64,000 nt of DNA from Octopus vulgaris (lineage: Eukaryota), in assembly GCA_951406725.2 (NCBI GenBank), contig OX597819.1:125364001-125428000 (forward strand), read 5' to 3'. This document shows positions 62,941-64,000 of the stretch, in pieces. A program made the position numbers and the translations under genes. Under the pieces are notes generated by a model. It did no database searches and was not told the origin of the DNA. It saw only the letters and a program-made list of their open reading frames with translations. The stretch's first letter is position 1, and the number at the start of each line of letters is the position of its first letter.

Positions 62941-63149
62941 CTTAAGATTTAAACTACTGCAAAAAGGGAAAAAAATAACGAAGTAATAAACATATTACGT
63001 TTCTATATGTAAATATAAATTAGTCTGCGTATTATATTTATAATTATAACGGTACAAACTAATGCACTGATCCTACCTTCTAAACACATATAATACGTAT
63101 GTACATATAAGTTTGTCTGGGCGAAAAAAAATATAAATATATATATATA

Positions 63150-63550
63150 CTAGCAGTATCGCCCGGCGTTGCTCGGGTTTGTAAGGGAAATAACTATATA
63201 AGCATTTTTAGAGAGTTATAGCCAGAAGATAGCAAAAAAATGCATTAAAAATGGAAAAAAAATTATAGTAAATTTTTTTTTTAATCGTTGACTCATCGTA
63301 GACATTTTTAGAGAGTTACTTCCCTTATATAATAGCGAAAAAATGCATTAAAATGGAAAAAATGATGGTAAATTTTTTTTTAAACCGTAGACTCATCGTA
63401 GACACACGCTAATACCCAGAAGGGCTCGATATGAATCACGACTATAAGATACCCGGTTTTGGTTAAACTGCACCGCAAAATGTGGGAGTAGTTAGGAATC
63501 TAAATCGTAGGAGACAGACACTCACACAACTACAGTTTTATATATATAGA
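63150..63550 (-). mobile_element. Non-autonomous Helitron
   Basis: On the minus strand it starts TC and ends CTAG, inserted between A and T, with subterminal hairpin cccgagcaacgccggg; no TSD; internal ~110-bp tandem duplication. Confidence 0.8.
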
Positions 63551-63654
63551 TATATATAAGAAATTAAAAAAGGAAAATACGCACACTTTACGTAGTTTTA
63601 ATATAATTGTTAATATATTGACCGGTTTCGCTATCAGTATTCATGAAGCACCAT

Positions 63655-63958
63655 TGCAGAAGCACTAACTGACTACAACAAAGAAGATGAATCACTAGTC
63701 AAAAACAGAAGTAATTACCTTCCACATAAGGGTAGGAATAAAACACTGGATGACTTCTGCAACCATATCCAAAATTTCCCTTACACATCCAATAAACGAA
63801 AAATTAATCCGAACCTCAACAATCTAGAATGGAAAAATCTCACTGAACTACAAAACGACAAAGACCCGACAATTAAAGAAGCAGACAAAGGAAGTGCTGT
63901 AGTTCTGATGGACACAGAACACTATAAAAAATTAGTACTTTCCATACTAGAAAATGAG
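63655..63958 (+). mobile_element. Penelope-like element fragment (N-terminal RT region)
   Basis: Open frame DYNKEDESLVKNRSNYLP...NLNNLEWKNLTELQNDKDPTIKEADKGSAVVLMDTEHYKK; the IKxADKGxAVV.MD motif is diagnostic of PLEs. Confidence 0.85.
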
Positions 63959-64000
63959 GCCTTGTTTATAACTTTTTCATAGAAGGCCTCGGATCTTTTC

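Overview
AT-rich, repeat-dense animal genomic DNA. The SINE families and microsatellite load suggest a coleoid cephalopod, probably Octopus (inference). The one well-supported protein-coding gene is the 3' part of a + strand DH-PH RhoGEF of the puratrophin-1/PLEKHG4/ARHGEF40 family: 10 GT-AG exons between 2022 and the stop at 35078, all phase-compatible, about 652 aa in the window. The rest is mostly mobile DNA: three tRNA-headed SINE families, a headless RTE-tailed SINE-like family built from tandem ~65-bp modules, CR1 and RTE LINE 3' ends, Penelope-like relics, DD41D and other Tc1/mariner relics, hAT and piggyBac-type MITEs, and a Helitron. Most ORFs in the supplied track are microsatellite or SINE artefacts. 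Best leads: (1) the tandem module can fold as an H-type pseudoknot and lies where RTE elements carry self-cleaving ribozymes; (2) a minus-strand-favoured 45-bp hairpin at 62841-62940 (candidate pre-miRNA); (3) a hammerhead-like GC-rich island at ~57080-57310; (4) a sharp flip in retroelement orientation near 45-47 kb, hinting at a convergent minus-strand transcription unit. All four are unverified. Repeat boundaries are approximate unless a TSD or TIR is quoted.
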